Below are positions 20,222-30,004 of a stretch of 64,000 nt of DNA, piece after piece. Numbering within the stretch: the first letter of the stretch is position 1; each line of letters opens with the position of its first letter. Under the pieces are notes generated by a model. That model made no database searches, was not told where the DNA came from, and saw only the letters and a list, made by a program, of their open reading frames with translations. The DNA is taken from positions 32,001-96,000 of IMG/VR virus record IMGVR_UViG_3300047560_001714. One strand, given 5' to 3'. The DNA comes from a virus. The translations under genes and the position numbers were made by a program.

Positions 20222-21306
20222 TGTACATTATAGCCTTATTATTTTTGTTTATTTCTAATTCATACGCTGGTATTGGTACCGTTGTTGATGCAACTGGTAC
20301 CAATTGCACAATAGAGCGTAGTTCTAAAAAAATCTCTGGTGAAAAAGGGGCGATAGTTGAAAGTATGGATACCTATATTACTGGTAGTTGTGTAAGTAAT
20401 ATAACTTTTGACGATGGTACCAAAGTTAAAGTAAACGAAAATAGTAAGCTATTCATAGATGAATTTGTTTACGATCCAAAACAATCAGATGCAGGTAAAC
20501 TAGCTATCAAAGTCGGAATGGGTACTGTTCGTTATGCATCTGGTCAAATAGCTAAAAACAATCCACAAAAAGTTGATATAAAAACACCGACGGCAGCAGT
20601 TGCAGTGCGTGGTACTGACTTTACTATGACTGTCGATGAGATTGGTCAAAGCTTAGTGGTACTTGTTCCAAGTTGTAAAGATGAAAAAGATGTAAAAAAG
20701 TATGAACTACAAGAAAACACTTGCCAAGTTGGTAGAATAATAGTTTCAAATGGTATGGGTTCTGTTGAACTATCCGAGGCATACCAAGCTACTTTTGTTA
20801 ACAGCAATGTGGTGCAACCAACACCACCAGTTGTAATCAATATGACTGAGGGGCAAATTGGGAATAATCTTATCATATTGAAACCAGCGGAAATTCAAAA
20901 AGCGGTTAAAGAAAATACCAGAACCCAAAAAGACTCCGAGAATGATGCAGCTGAGGATGAAACCGCCAGACGCTCAACTAGTATGGCACTGAAATCCGCC
21001 GAACTAAATGATGCAAAAATATCCTCATCTAAAAAACTACAAATTGATAAATCTTGTAACCCATCCTCATCAGTATGTGTGGCTTGGGAAAATAAAGATG
21101 CCGAGGGGCAAGCAAAAGGAATTGGGGTAGCGTATAGATTCCAACCGGATGAACATTATACTGAAATAAAGACACAAGGTTATACCTCTAATACCTCAAT
21201 ATCAATAACACAAAACGATGAATTCGCATCGACCGTCATAGGGGATGGTGCCGCCGGTGGAAACATCATTACTATCAAACAACAAAATGGAGTGTTAAAT
21301 AAATGA
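20221..21306 (+). CDS. FecR-domain protein
   Basis: FDDGTKVKVNENSKLFIDEFVYDP, IKTPTAAVAVRGTDF. Confidence 0.85.
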   Translation: MYIIALLFLFISNSYAGIGTVVDATGTNCTIERSSKKISGEKGAIVESMDTYITGSCVSNITFDDGTKVKVNENSKLFIDEFVYDPKQSDAGKLAIKVGMGTVRYASGQIAKNNPQKVDIKTPTAAVAVRGTDFTMTVDEIGQSLVVLVPSCKDEKDVKKYELQENTCQVGRIIVSNGMGSVELSEAYQATFVNSNVVQPTPPVVINMTEGQIGNNLIILKPAEIQKAVKENTRTQKDSENDAAEDETARRSTSMALKSAELNDAKISSSKKLQIDKSCNPSSSVCVAWENKDAEGQAKGIGVAYRFQPDEHYTEIKTQGYTSNTSISITQNDEFASTVIGDGAAGGNIITIKQQNGVLNK

Positions 21307-21764
21307 GACATTTGTTACTTTTTCTTTTATGCTCTATATGTTACGCTGATAATTTAACATCAGTTAACCAAATTGGTAATAGCAACGATATTGAAATTAA
21401 CCAAATAGGTGATGTAAATAATATATCGTATTCTGGTAATGGTTCCTTTAATACCGTCAATGTTGAACAAATCGGTAATCAAAAAACTGCAAACTTAACT
21501 GTTATTAATAATAACAATATCATAGACGTATCACAAAGTGGTACTGGGATTGATTCGGCAACAATAGCGGTTAGTGGTGGACTTAAAAATATATCAGTAA
21601 CACAAGAAGGTTCCGGGTCACATTCAGCAACCATAAACTTATCTGGAACACCTATTACATTTGATCTAACTCAATCTGGAGTTAATAATCAAACATTTTC
21701 AATCACGGCAAATTGTGCCCTAGTGGGCGGTTGCGCCGCAGTTCAAGTCATTCAAAATCAATAA
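21303..21764 (+). CDS. Secreted curlin-like repeat protein
   Basis: VNQIGNSN, INQIGDVN, VEQIGNQK, VSQSG, VTQEG repeats. Confidence 0.75.
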   Translation: MRHLLLFLLCSICYADNLTSVNQIGNSNDIEINQIGDVNNISYSGNGSFNTVNVEQIGNQKTANLTVINNNNIIDVSQSGTGIDSATIAVSGGLKNISVTQEGSGSHSATINLSGTPITFDLTQSGVNNQTFSITANCALVGGCAAVQVIQNQ

Positions 21765-21802
21765 TCGATAAATACAATAGCTAGTTCAGCAAGGAGGCAG
21801 CT

Positions 21803-21877
21803 ATGAAGTGGACCACACCAACATTCGTTGATATTCGATTAGGGTTTGAAGTAACACTGTATATCTATAACCGCTAA
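21803..21877 (+). CDS. pqqA: PQQ precursor peptide PqqA (MKWTTPTFVDIRLGFEVTLYIYNR), not in the ORF track
   Basis: AAGGAGG SD 21791-97, ATG 21803, TAA 21875-77; 24 aa with the PqqA hallmark W..P...D.R.GFEVTxY. Confidence 0.92.
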   Translation: MKWTTPTFVDIRLGFEVTLYIYNR

Positions 21878-21920
21878 TCTTTTGTGCTGGATGTTTCTAG
21901 CACCAATAATAAGGATAGCA

Positions 21921-22793
21921 ATGTCAGTTATAATACTAACAAAACCCGATAAAAACGATTTTGAAACTAACAAACTTATAGAGGAATTTGAAAATCGGCA
22001 AATCCAAGTTCGGGTTTGCCAATTCAAACACTTTGACGTAATAATTAATAAAGGTATATTTTACAAAGGCAAACATATTGAACCACCAAAAGTTGTATTA
22101 GTAAGACTAGGCGCAGGAATCACTCGTAAAGAATTAGCAGTAATACGGTACTTTGAGTTATCTGGTATTAAATGTTTCAATTCTAGACATAGTATCAATT
22201 TAGTTCAAGATAAATTACATACTAGTGAAATCTTAGCACAATCAGGTATCGCAGTACCCACAACAATGGTTGTCAAATTTCCAGTAAAACATAACTTAGT
22301 TCAAACTCACATAGGATTTCCTTGTATTGTAAAAGTTGTGGTTGGGAGTTTTGGCGAAGGTGTATATATGTGCCAGACAGAACAAGAATATAATAGAATT
22401 ATAGAATTTGTGGATAGTCTTAGTACAGATAAAACTCTGATCGTTCAAGAATACTTAGGTGATAACCCAGGTACAGATTTACGAGTGTTCGTTATTGGGG
22501 GTAAGGTTATCGGTGCAATGAAAAGAACCGCACCAGTCGGTGATTTCCGGGCGAATATCACAATAGGCGGTTCTGGTGAATCATACCCAGTAAATAAAGA
22601 AATCGAAGATATTGTTCTTAATACCACTAAAATCCTTGGGTTAGATATTGCTGGCATTGACCTATTATTTGATAACCGTGGTTTCCGTGTTTGCGAAGCC
22701 AATTCGAATCCAGGATTCTCTGGGTTTAACAAATACTGCGATGTTAATATCCAAGAACACATCGTTGATTTTATACAAGGACACTTACCGTGA
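21921..22793 (+). CDS. RimK-family ATP-grasp ligase
   Basis: QDKLHTSEIL, IVQEYL, DLRVFVIG, FRANITIGG, AGIDLLF, CEANSNPGF. Confidence 0.9.
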   Translation: MSVIILTKPDKNDFETNKLIEEFENRQIQVRVCQFKHFDVIINKGIFYKGKHIEPPKVVLVRLGAGITRKELAVIRYFELSGIKCFNSRHSINLVQDKLHTSEILAQSGIAVPTTMVVKFPVKHNLVQTHIGFPCIVKVVVGSFGEGVYMCQTEQEYNRIIEFVDSLSTDKTLIVQEYLGDNPGTDLRVFVIGGKVIGAMKRTAPVGDFRANITIGGSGESYPVNKEIEDIVLNTTKILGLDIAGIDLLFDNRGFRVCEANSNPGFSGFNKYCDVNIQEHIVDFIQGHLP

Positions 22794-22956
22794 AACAGAA
22801 AAAATTATTAAAAAAAGTAATGAAAGCGTCTTTAGAAAATGACACTAAAGCAATCGATAAGCTTAGAATGGAAGAATATGAAAAAATATTTGAACGTAAA
22901 GCACAAAACAAACCATTCACAACACGTTGGACACTTGTGTCAATTTAGGATAATGC

Positions 22957-24303
22957 ATGAGAATTAAAGAATTTCTATTTGAATCAGCGGGTGGTAATAT
23001 GTTAATTAAAAATGGATTAACATACTTACCATTGGCATCTTGGTTAAAACAAGAACTCGGTGATTCACCTGATACCGAAATGGACGAAGCATTTGGGAAG
23101 TTAAACGCACCTGGTAAAGAGGTATCAGATACCAGTATTGGTGATTTCTTAAAAACGATTAAAGATGAACAATTATTAAAAATCACCAAAGAAAAATTAA
23201 ACCCAAATAATGCAAAATTCAAAAATAATCCCAAGAAATATAACGCAGCAGTCGAGAGAAAACAAGCGGCTATCGCTGAATTAGAAAAACGTGATATACA
23301 ACCAACTAATCGGTCGCCAGAACAATATAAAAAAGATTTTATTACAAAACCACATGTTCACGCAACCCCAATTAAATTCATAGATAATGGTACAGAGGTT
23401 GACGTTGAACATATTCGTAATATCATTCTTCAACGCCCAGCTGAAATACTTGGTTCAAATGCAAAAATGGACCATAGTGGCGGCGTTGACCAAGTATACT
23501 TTAAAGTCGGATTACCCGCACTTAGAGGAATGGCAATCGATGAGGAAACTGGTAAATTCATTTACGTAAACACTTGCCCAGGTGCAGGAAGTTGTAAAGT
23601 TGATTGTTTTGCTAAGAAAGGAAACTATGTGGTATTCCCAGGGGTTTGGCAGCATTCGACACAAGTGTTGAATTATTTAATAAATGATCCAGATGGATTC
23701 ATGCAACAATTACACAATGAGATATTAAAAAAAGTTAAGTTATATGAACCACAAAATATTAAAGTTGGTATAAGATGGCATGATTCCGGTGATTTCTTTA
23801 GTCCAGAATACGCTGATATGGCATACAAGTTAGCCAGAAGTCTTCCAAACGTGGATTTCTTTGCTTATACTAAATTTGCATCAGCAATGACTGCCGATAA
23901 ACCTGATAACTTTATTACTAACTGGTCAGAAGGTGCAACACCGGCACAAGATAAAGCGGTTGCATCGCACGCGGCGGAATTGGGTGATAAGTTTAAGCGT
24001 TCAATCATTGTCCCAAAAGAGGCATTTAAACACTTAGTACACAAAGTTACTCCAGTACATGCTAAGGGCAAAAAGAATGAGGTCCTTCAATCAGAGTGGA
24101 ACTCGCCCGAAGCTGAACAAGAATTTAAACAGTGGATGGCACACGCTTACAATTTACCAATTGAATCCATTATTTCATATAATGATTTGGTAAAAATGCC
24201 AAAAACTAATGAACCTAAATGGAACGTAATCGTTAAAACTGGCGACGGTGACATCAGTGCTAATCGCAGAGATGTAATCGGTACTTACCTATTTGCACAT
24301 TAA
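22957..24303 (+). CDS. Gp88-like phage protein (Cys-cluster, radical-SAM-like)
   Basis: NTCPGAGSCKVDCFA, RWHDSGDFFS, FAYTK. Confidence 0.65.
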   Translation: MRIKEFLFESAGGNMLIKNGLTYLPLASWLKQELGDSPDTEMDEAFGKLNAPGKEVSDTSIGDFLKTIKDEQLLKITKEKLNPNNAKFKNNPKKYNAAVERKQAAIAELEKRDIQPTNRSPEQYKKDFITKPHVHATPIKFIDNGTEVDVEHIRNIILQRPAEILGSNAKMDHSGGVDQVYFKVGLPALRGMAIDEETGKFIYVNTCPGAGSCKVDCFAKKGNYVVFPGVWQHSTQVLNYLINDPDGFMQQLHNEILKKVKLYEPQNIKVGIRWHDSGDFFSPEYADMAYKLARSLPNVDFFAYTKFASAMTADKPDNFITNWSEGATPAQDKAVASHAAELGDKFKRSIIVPKEAFKHLVHKVTPVHAKGKKNEVLQSEWNSPEAEQEFKQWMAHAYNLPIESIISYNDLVKMPKTNEPKWNVIVKTGDGDISANRRDVIGTYLFAH

Positions 24304-24317
24304 TTTAAAATAAAGAT

Positions 24318-25319
24318 ATGATTAAGAAAATACTACTCAGCCATTGGACAGCACTAATAACACTAACCTTAGTTGTGCTAGTTCGCGTAATAGATCCATC
24401 ATTTGTTGAAAGTATCCGTTTAAGATACTTCGATACATTGATAACAGCTAAAGCACCCACAGAAAACAATATTATTTCTGTTAATATAGACGAGGATGCT
24501 CTTGATAAGTATGGCCAATGGCCATTTAGTCGAGATATATACGGTTCTATAATCGAGGATTTATACCAGCGAAATGCTGGGTTAGTGGTATTCAATGTCT
24601 TAATGCCAGAAAAGGATAGACTAGGTGGTGATGCGGCATTGGCAAAAACAATCGCTAATAATCCCGTTATCATTCCAAGCGTTGCATCTATAAAATCAAA
24701 AAATACACCAAAAAACCCAGGGGCATCTGTCATTGGTGCGGATTATGCTGATATGATAGTCCAGTTTCCAGGTATAATTTCATCGATTGATATTATCAGT
24801 GAACATGCGGCTGGTGTTGGTATCATCAATACATTACCGGAAATAGATGGCGTCAATAGACGTTTACCTATGTTAGTAACCGCCAAACATACGTTGTATC
24901 CATCACTAAGTATGGAGGTTCTTCGTGTGGTGGCCGGTGATCCATCGTTTCAAGTCAAACTGAATAACTTTGGTGTTGAAAAAATGCGTATACCAGCGTT
25001 TGGTGTAATATCAACCGATTCGTTAAGTCGTGTGTGGATTGATTGGAGTCAACATAATCAAAGTATTAGTTTATCACAGCTACCAAATGATTTTGGTGGT
25101 GCGATAGTAATAGTCGGACCAACCGCCGCTGGTATTAGTAACCCAATCTCTACTCCAAAAGGTCCAATCTTCCCAAATGATATTCAAGCGGCGATGATTG
25201 GTACTATGATGAATAAAGTAACCATCAACAGACCGGACTATTCGGACGGTGCTGAAATTTTAGTTGGTGCCGTTTGTGGTATCTTGTTAATTATAGGTTC
25301 GTTATGGCGGAAGAGATAG
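24318..25319 (+). CDS. CHASE2 sensor domain, N-terminal part of a split adenylate/guanylate cyclase
   Basis: LRYFD, VNIDEDALDKYGQWPFSR, DGVNRRLP; ends after one TM segment. Confidence 0.88.
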   Translation: MIKKILLSHWTALITLTLVVLVRVIDPSFVESIRLRYFDTLITAKAPTENNIISVNIDEDALDKYGQWPFSRDIYGSIIEDLYQRNAGLVVFNVLMPEKDRLGGDAALAKTIANNPVIIPSVASIKSKNTPKNPGASVIGADYADMIVQFPGIISSIDIISEHAAGVGIINTLPEIDGVNRRLPMLVTAKHTLYPSLSMEVLRVVAGDPSFQVKLNNFGVEKMRIPAFGVISTDSLSRVWIDWSQHNQSISLSQLPNDFGGAIVIVGPTAAGISNPISTPKGPIFPNDIQAAMIGTMMNKVTINRPDYSDGAEILVGAVCGILLIIGSLWRKR

Positions 25320-25349
25320 TAAATCCACTAACATTTGATAAATAATATT

Positions 25350-25922
25350 ATGAGAATATATATTATTACAAATTTATCAAACAATCATCGATATGTCGGA
25401 ATGACTACTAAAACATTAGCAGAACGGTGGGCGCAACATAAAGCGGATGCTAAGAGAAATAAACCTTGGATTTTACATAAAGCATTGCGAAAATATGGGT
25501 ATGAGAATTTCAAAATAGAATTATTAGAGGAATGTAATGCTAATTCACTGACAGAATTAGGACTTATTGAAACTAATTACATAACAACACTAAAACCAGA
25601 ATATAATATGACATCTGGTGGTGAAGGGCATAGTGGTATTTCAGCAAAAGGTGAAAAGAACGGGATGTTTAATAAAAAGCACAGTGAAGAAACAAAAGAA
25701 AAAATAAGTATCAACCGAAAAGGAAAAGGAGGACAAGTTGGGGAATTAAATCCTCGATATGGTAAACCTGGTACATTTCTCGGATGTCAGCATTCCGATG
25801 AAACTAAATCAAAAATGCGAAAACCTAAATCAATACCTAGACAACGTGTTTCTTGTGAATTCTGTGGTAGAGAAATAGCCATAAATGCAATCGGGCAGCA
25901 TAAGAGAGCACACCATGAATAA
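25350..25922 (+). mobile_element. Free-standing GIY-YIG homing endonuclease with NUMOD3 repeats
   Basis: IYIITN...YVGMT, YNMTSGGEG, HSEETKEKIS, HSDETKSKMR; GATAAATA late promoter 25337-44. Confidence 0.9.
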
Positions 25923-26982
25923 ACATCTAAGTTATATATTACCACTATTTTTTATTATTATAATATCATTTTTCAGTTTTCATGAATACCAAAATGAACA
26001 CATTCTGTTCGATGTAACATTTCCAGTTATAACAATTGTTCTAGTTACACTACATATTAACACTGTTCGATTTATTACAGAATTAACCCTTAAATTACAA
26101 ATAAAAAAACAATTTGGCACATACCTAAGTGCAGCATTAGTTGAAAAATTGCAGAAAAACCCAGATTTACTCCATTTAGGGGGCGACAGTAGAGAATTAT
26201 CCATTCTCTTTTCCGACGTAAGAGGATTCACATCTATCTCTGAACACTATGGCGAAGATGTCCAAGGGCTTACAAAGATTATGAATAGATATATGACAGC
26301 AATGACAGCAGAAATATTAACAAATGATGGCACACTTGACAAATATATTGGTGATGCTAAAATGGCTTTCTGGAATGCTCCACTTGATGATCCACATCAT
26401 GCAAAAAATGCTGTAAAAACCGCATTACAAATGTTAAAGAACTTGGAGAAGTTTAATAATGAAATCGAAAAAGAAGGAGTTCCAGCTTTCGGGATGGGCC
26501 TTGGTGTTAACACTGCCACTGTGGTTGTTGGCAATATGGGTAGTGATCAGCGTTTCGATTATACCTGCCTTGGTGATGGGGTTAACCTCGCGTCACGGCT
26601 TGAAGGACAATCAAAATCGTATGGGGTTAAAATCGTTCTGGGTCCGAAAACAGCCGACTATGTCAAAGACGAATACTTAGTTCTTGAACTAGACCTACTT
26701 GCAGTTAAAGGTAAAAAACAAGGTGTCACAATCTTTACGGTCTTAGGTGAGAATGATCCCAAATATACAACGCATGATATAAAAATGCATAATAGAATGC
26801 TTGAGTTATATCGCAAACAACGTTGGGATGAAGTTATTCATGCTTGCAATCCATTAAAAAAAGCTTTCAGTGGCGAAATGAAAAAGTATTATGAAATGAT
26901 GCAAGAACGTGCTACTGAATATAGCCAAACTAATAAATTTATTGAAAACTGGGATGGCGTGTACGTTGCCACAAGCAAATAG
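25915..26982 (+). CDS. Class III adenylate/guanylate cyclase, C-terminal part of the split CHASE2 cyclase
   Basis: ILFSDVRGFT, DKYIGDA, GNMGSDQRFDYTCLGDGVNLASRLEG, VKGK. Confidence 0.92.
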   Translation: MNKHLSYILPLFFIIIISFFSFHEYQNEHILFDVTFPVITIVLVTLHINTVRFITELTLKLQIKKQFGTYLSAALVEKLQKNPDLLHLGGDSRELSILFSDVRGFTSISEHYGEDVQGLTKIMNRYMTAMTAEILTNDGTLDKYIGDAKMAFWNAPLDDPHHAKNAVKTALQMLKNLEKFNNEIEKEGVPAFGMGLGVNTATVVVGNMGSDQRFDYTCLGDGVNLASRLEGQSKSYGVKIVLGPKTADYVKDEYLVLELDLLAVKGKKQGVTIFTVLGENDPKYTTHDIKMHNRMLELYRKQRWDEVIHACNPLKKAFSGEMKKYYEMMQERATEYSQTNKFIENWDGVYVATSK

Positions 26983-26990
26983 GATTATTC

Positions 26991-27857
26991 ATGAGAGCAT
27001 ACGAATTCAGCATTATAAAAGAACTAATTGAACCAAAAGCACCTGGTAATTTAAAGAAATCGACTATTACCAAAGCTGGTACTCAAGGTTCACCTGTTAA
27101 AATAAATCAACGGCAATTTACAACGTCTAAAGGAAATGTTGTAAAAGTACATTTCAAACCATTTATCGAAGATAATTTGAAAGCTGTCGATGTATCGTTT
27201 TTTGTAAATGATACAATGGATGATGAAGCAAGTGGACAACGCGATTCAGAAATTTTACCACAAGTGTTACATACTGTTCTTGCATATGCGAAAACATCAA
27301 AGGTACAACGAATTACATTTTCAGCGGTCGCTGGTAGTGGTGATACAAAAACAAAGTTCAATATACCATTAGACCGACATGTTGCATCACTTAAATCAGC
27401 AATAGCGGTATTTTATAAAAAACTGATAGCAATTGAAATTACACCAGAAATGGAAAAAGATGAATTAGATCGTGTTAATGCCATATACGCAAAAATAGGA
27501 AAGCCATTAAAAACATCAGCTACAGTAATGTACAAAGATGAATTAATCGCAGTGTTAAAACAAATCATGGATTTCATTGATAATCTAACGCCATCTGAAA
27601 ATTCTGGTAACGAATTTAATGCGTTATATCAAGAATTTATGAAATATATTAAACGAACTGATAATTGGCCCGAATTTCATGCATTGCTTAAAGAATTCAG
27701 CAATATGGCCGCAGTTCTTTATAGTTATACAAAACATGGTGCTATGATTAGCAAGAATAGAAGATTAGATCTTTATACCAAGCTGGTTCAAAGATACTTT
27801 GCAAAGGATTGGGATATTTCTATCACTGGGACGTCATTTGGACTGACTAGAAAATAA
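26991..27857 (+). CDS. Hypothetical protein (possible head-internal protein)
   Basis: 288-aa ORF; MRAYEF N-terminus. Confidence 0.6.
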   Translation: MRAYEFSIIKELIEPKAPGNLKKSTITKAGTQGSPVKINQRQFTTSKGNVVKVHFKPFIEDNLKAVDVSFFVNDTMDDEASGQRDSEILPQVLHTVLAYAKTSKVQRITFSAVAGSGDTKTKFNIPLDRHVASLKSAIAVFYKKLIAIEITPEMEKDELDRVNAIYAKIGKPLKTSATVMYKDELIAVLKQIMDFIDNLTPSENSGNEFNALYQEFMKYIKRTDNWPEFHALLKEFSNMAAVLYSYTKHGAMISKNRRLDLYTKLVQRYFAKDWDISITGTSFGLTRK

Positions 27858-27934
27858 TTCTACACTTCGTGGGATATTGGTAGCGAATCAATATCCCACA
27901 GGTGGTAGACACCTCGCCTGCCCGTAGGCTATTA

Positions 27935-28339
27935 TTATTTATCTGTTTCACTAAAAACCTTAGACTTAGATGTAAAATCCGCTTTCCGCATAATAGACTT
28001 CAACACGACATTTCTTTCAGAACCTTTATCCCCTATAATAACAAACATAAGATTAAGATTAGATGTTGGGTCTTTCATTACTGCATGATAAGGGTTAGGT
28101 AATTTAGTGATCGCTTTAAGAGCATTGGATTTTATTCTATGCAACAATTGTAGAACTTCGTTTACTTCGATAGCTGGTTTATTACGTGGGTCATTTAACC
28201 GCTGTGCAAAATGTGTACCAAAACTTACTTTAACACCAAATGGTGACCACTGTCGATTCACATGATTTACCAATTCTTCCATTTCATAATCAGAAATATT
28301 ATTGGCATTCATATTTTCAAATAATTCACGTAACTTCAT
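27935..28339 (-). CDS. Hypothetical protein
   Basis: FGTHFAQRLNDPRN motif seen in T4-like phage hypotheticals. Confidence 0.65.
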   Translation of the reverse strand: MKLRELFENMNANNISDYEMEELVNHVNRQWSPFGVKVSFGTHFAQRLNDPRNKPAIEVNEVLQLLHRIKSNALKAITKLPNPYHAVMKDPTSNLNLMFVIIGDKGSERNVVLKSIMRKADFTSKSKVFSETDK

Positions 28340-28725
28340 TTCTTTACTCGTCTATTGGTTGGTTTTTTAGCCAACTCTTCTTTTAATTCTTCTTTTATTT
28401 CTTCAGCTAAATCTTCTTTGGCCTCTTTCTTTTCTTTGTCATGGAAATTTTGATTGATTAAATACTCAGCCTCAATACGTTCCCATTCAAGTGTTTTTCC
28501 ACGAAGGTGTAAAACTGTATTAACTTTTTGATTTAGACGAATAAGGTCATTATCCAATACTCTGATACGATCAATCAATGCCACTAGTACGGTATTTGCT
28601 TCACCAATTACTGGCTTTACTTCTTTGGTTGACCATTCCCAGACATATTTGATAATATATCCCATTCCAACCGCCATAACAATTGGGAATCCAAACTTAT
28701 TAATTAGATCGGTGACTTTTTCCAT
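28336..28725 (-). CDS. Membrane hypothetical protein
   Basis: GFPIVMAVGMGY, LIDRIRVLDNDLIRL. Confidence 0.7.
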   Translation of the reverse strand: MEKVTDLINKFGFPIVMAVGMGYIIKYVWEWSTKEVKPVIGEANTVLVALIDRIRVLDNDLIRLNQKVNTVLHLRGKTLEWERIEAEYLINQNFHDKEKKEAKEDLAEEIKEELKEELAKKPTNRRVKK

Positions 28726-29129
28726 TATTCACAGTTCCATCTGCTTCTAGCTTTACAGATTGGTTTATCTGGCGTGGATGAACAATCGATGTGGTGCATT
28801 TTCTTTTGACCATTTGATCTTGCACAAAAGCTACTTCTACGTTTTGAATCCTTACTACCTTTTTTTAATTTACTTGGATCAGTGGTCACTGCTGTTTTTA
28901 ACTTTGAACCAGGGTTTTCTTTTTTATACGCGTTGACCGCTTTTTTACTCATCCCATCAGTGTTATCTTTCTTATTAACAGATTGCCAATCTTCCTCAAT
29001 CCCTTCGTTACTTGGTACACAGTTTGGAACAGTTTTACCACTTTTCTTTTTTGTACCAACTGGATGATACCCTTTCCAACAAGGGTTTTTAGTTTTTAAA
29101 CTTTCTGTAATTATTTCTGCAACTTTCAT
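28725..29129 (-). CDS. Basic hypothetical protein with CWKGY...VPNCV and RRSSFCAR motifs
   Basis: Motifs common in T4-like phage hypotheticals. Confidence 0.7.
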   Translation of the reverse strand: MKVAEIITESLKTKNPCWKGYHPVGTKKKSGKTVPNCVPSNEGIEEDWQSVNKKDNTDGMSKKAVNAYKKENPGSKLKTAVTTDPSKLKKGSKDSKRRSSFCARSNGQKKMHHIDCSSTPDKPICKARSRWNCE

Positions 29130-29132
29130 ATT

Positions 29133-29414
29133 CTAATCTCGTCTGGAATCTGTTTTACCGTCAGAACGTGCAATACGCTCTAAATCGGGCTTTAACCCAA
29201 TTGCACTACTAATCAAAGCATCAACCCGAACAACCTCATGTGTCATAGTTCTAACACGATTATCAAGGCCAGTAATAATCCCAGCCATTCCTTTGATAGA
29301 ACCAAGCACCCCTTGTAACAATAATTTTATGGTTAGATACACAAAATATCCACCAGCTAATGCCGCTACGATTGGCATACCCAATTCTGAAATTAGTTTA
29401 AATATATCATCCAT
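29133..29414 (-). CDS. Membrane hypothetical protein (related to 28336-28725)
   Basis: LGMPIVAALAGGY, LDNRVRTM. Confidence 0.65.
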   Translation of the reverse strand: MDDIFKLISELGMPIVAALAGGYFVYLTIKLLLQGVLGSIKGMAGIITGLDNRVRTMTHEVVRVDALISSAIGLKPDLERIARSDGKTDSRRD

Positions 29415-29419
29415 ATCAA

Positions 29420-30004
29420 TTACTCCGTAATATCGTATTTATCGTTCTTACCGAGTTTTCTAAATGCCCATATACGCTCGTTACATTGCCAACACATATT
29501 ACACGGCGTTAATGCCTGTTCCGTACAAGAATGGGTTATGTTCAACAACGGTTCAATATTATATGCATATACCATCTCAATAATATGTGTTTTATATAGA
29601 TCAAAAAACGGAACTTTTAAATTTTCAACATTAGATGTATCAACCCTTACCGGTGCTAGACCCACTAACGGTTCTGGTGGGATTGCATTAGTTCCCATAT
29701 ATATCACATCGATCTCTGGGTGGGATTCTATAATATCAAAATATGCCGAACGAGTTTGCTGGGTATGATGTAATATACTGTCGCCAACTGGGATAGTTGG
29801 TGGTAAGCTGATACCAAACATATCATTAAAGTAATCTAAAATCTTTGGTACAAACTCATATGATCTATCAGATTTCTCAATAGTAAATGGTTGAATATAT
29901 GGCGTTATCTGTTTATTTTTACATTCTAGTAACATCAAATAAAGTAACACAGCACTATCAAGCCCACCACTTAACAGTATTCCATATTTCAAATCAGCTG
30001 TCAT
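29420..30004 (-). CDS. QueC-like PP-loop ATPase
   Basis: LLSGGLDSAVL PP-loop; THSC...CNMCWQCNER Zn site; likely start ATG 30004. Confidence 0.8.
   Translation of the reverse strand: MTADLKYGILLSGGLDSAVLLYLMLLECKNKQITPYIQPFTIEKSDRSYEFVPKILDYFNDMFGISLPPTIPVGDSILHHTQQTRSAYFDIIESHPEIDVIYMGTNAIPPEPLVGLAPVRVDTSNVENLKVPFFDLYKTHIIEMVYAYNIEPLLNITHSCTEQALTPCNMCWQCNERIWAFRKLGKNDKYDITE

Noticed and set aside
25320-25922. Group I intron around the GIY-YIG gene
   Set aside because: Only 30 nt of non-coding sequence upstream and none downstream, too little for a P3-P9 core.
27859-27909. Long hairpin GTGGGATATTG/CAATATCCCAC as an ncRNA
   Set aside because: It lies between convergent genes and is adequately explained as a bidirectional terminator.
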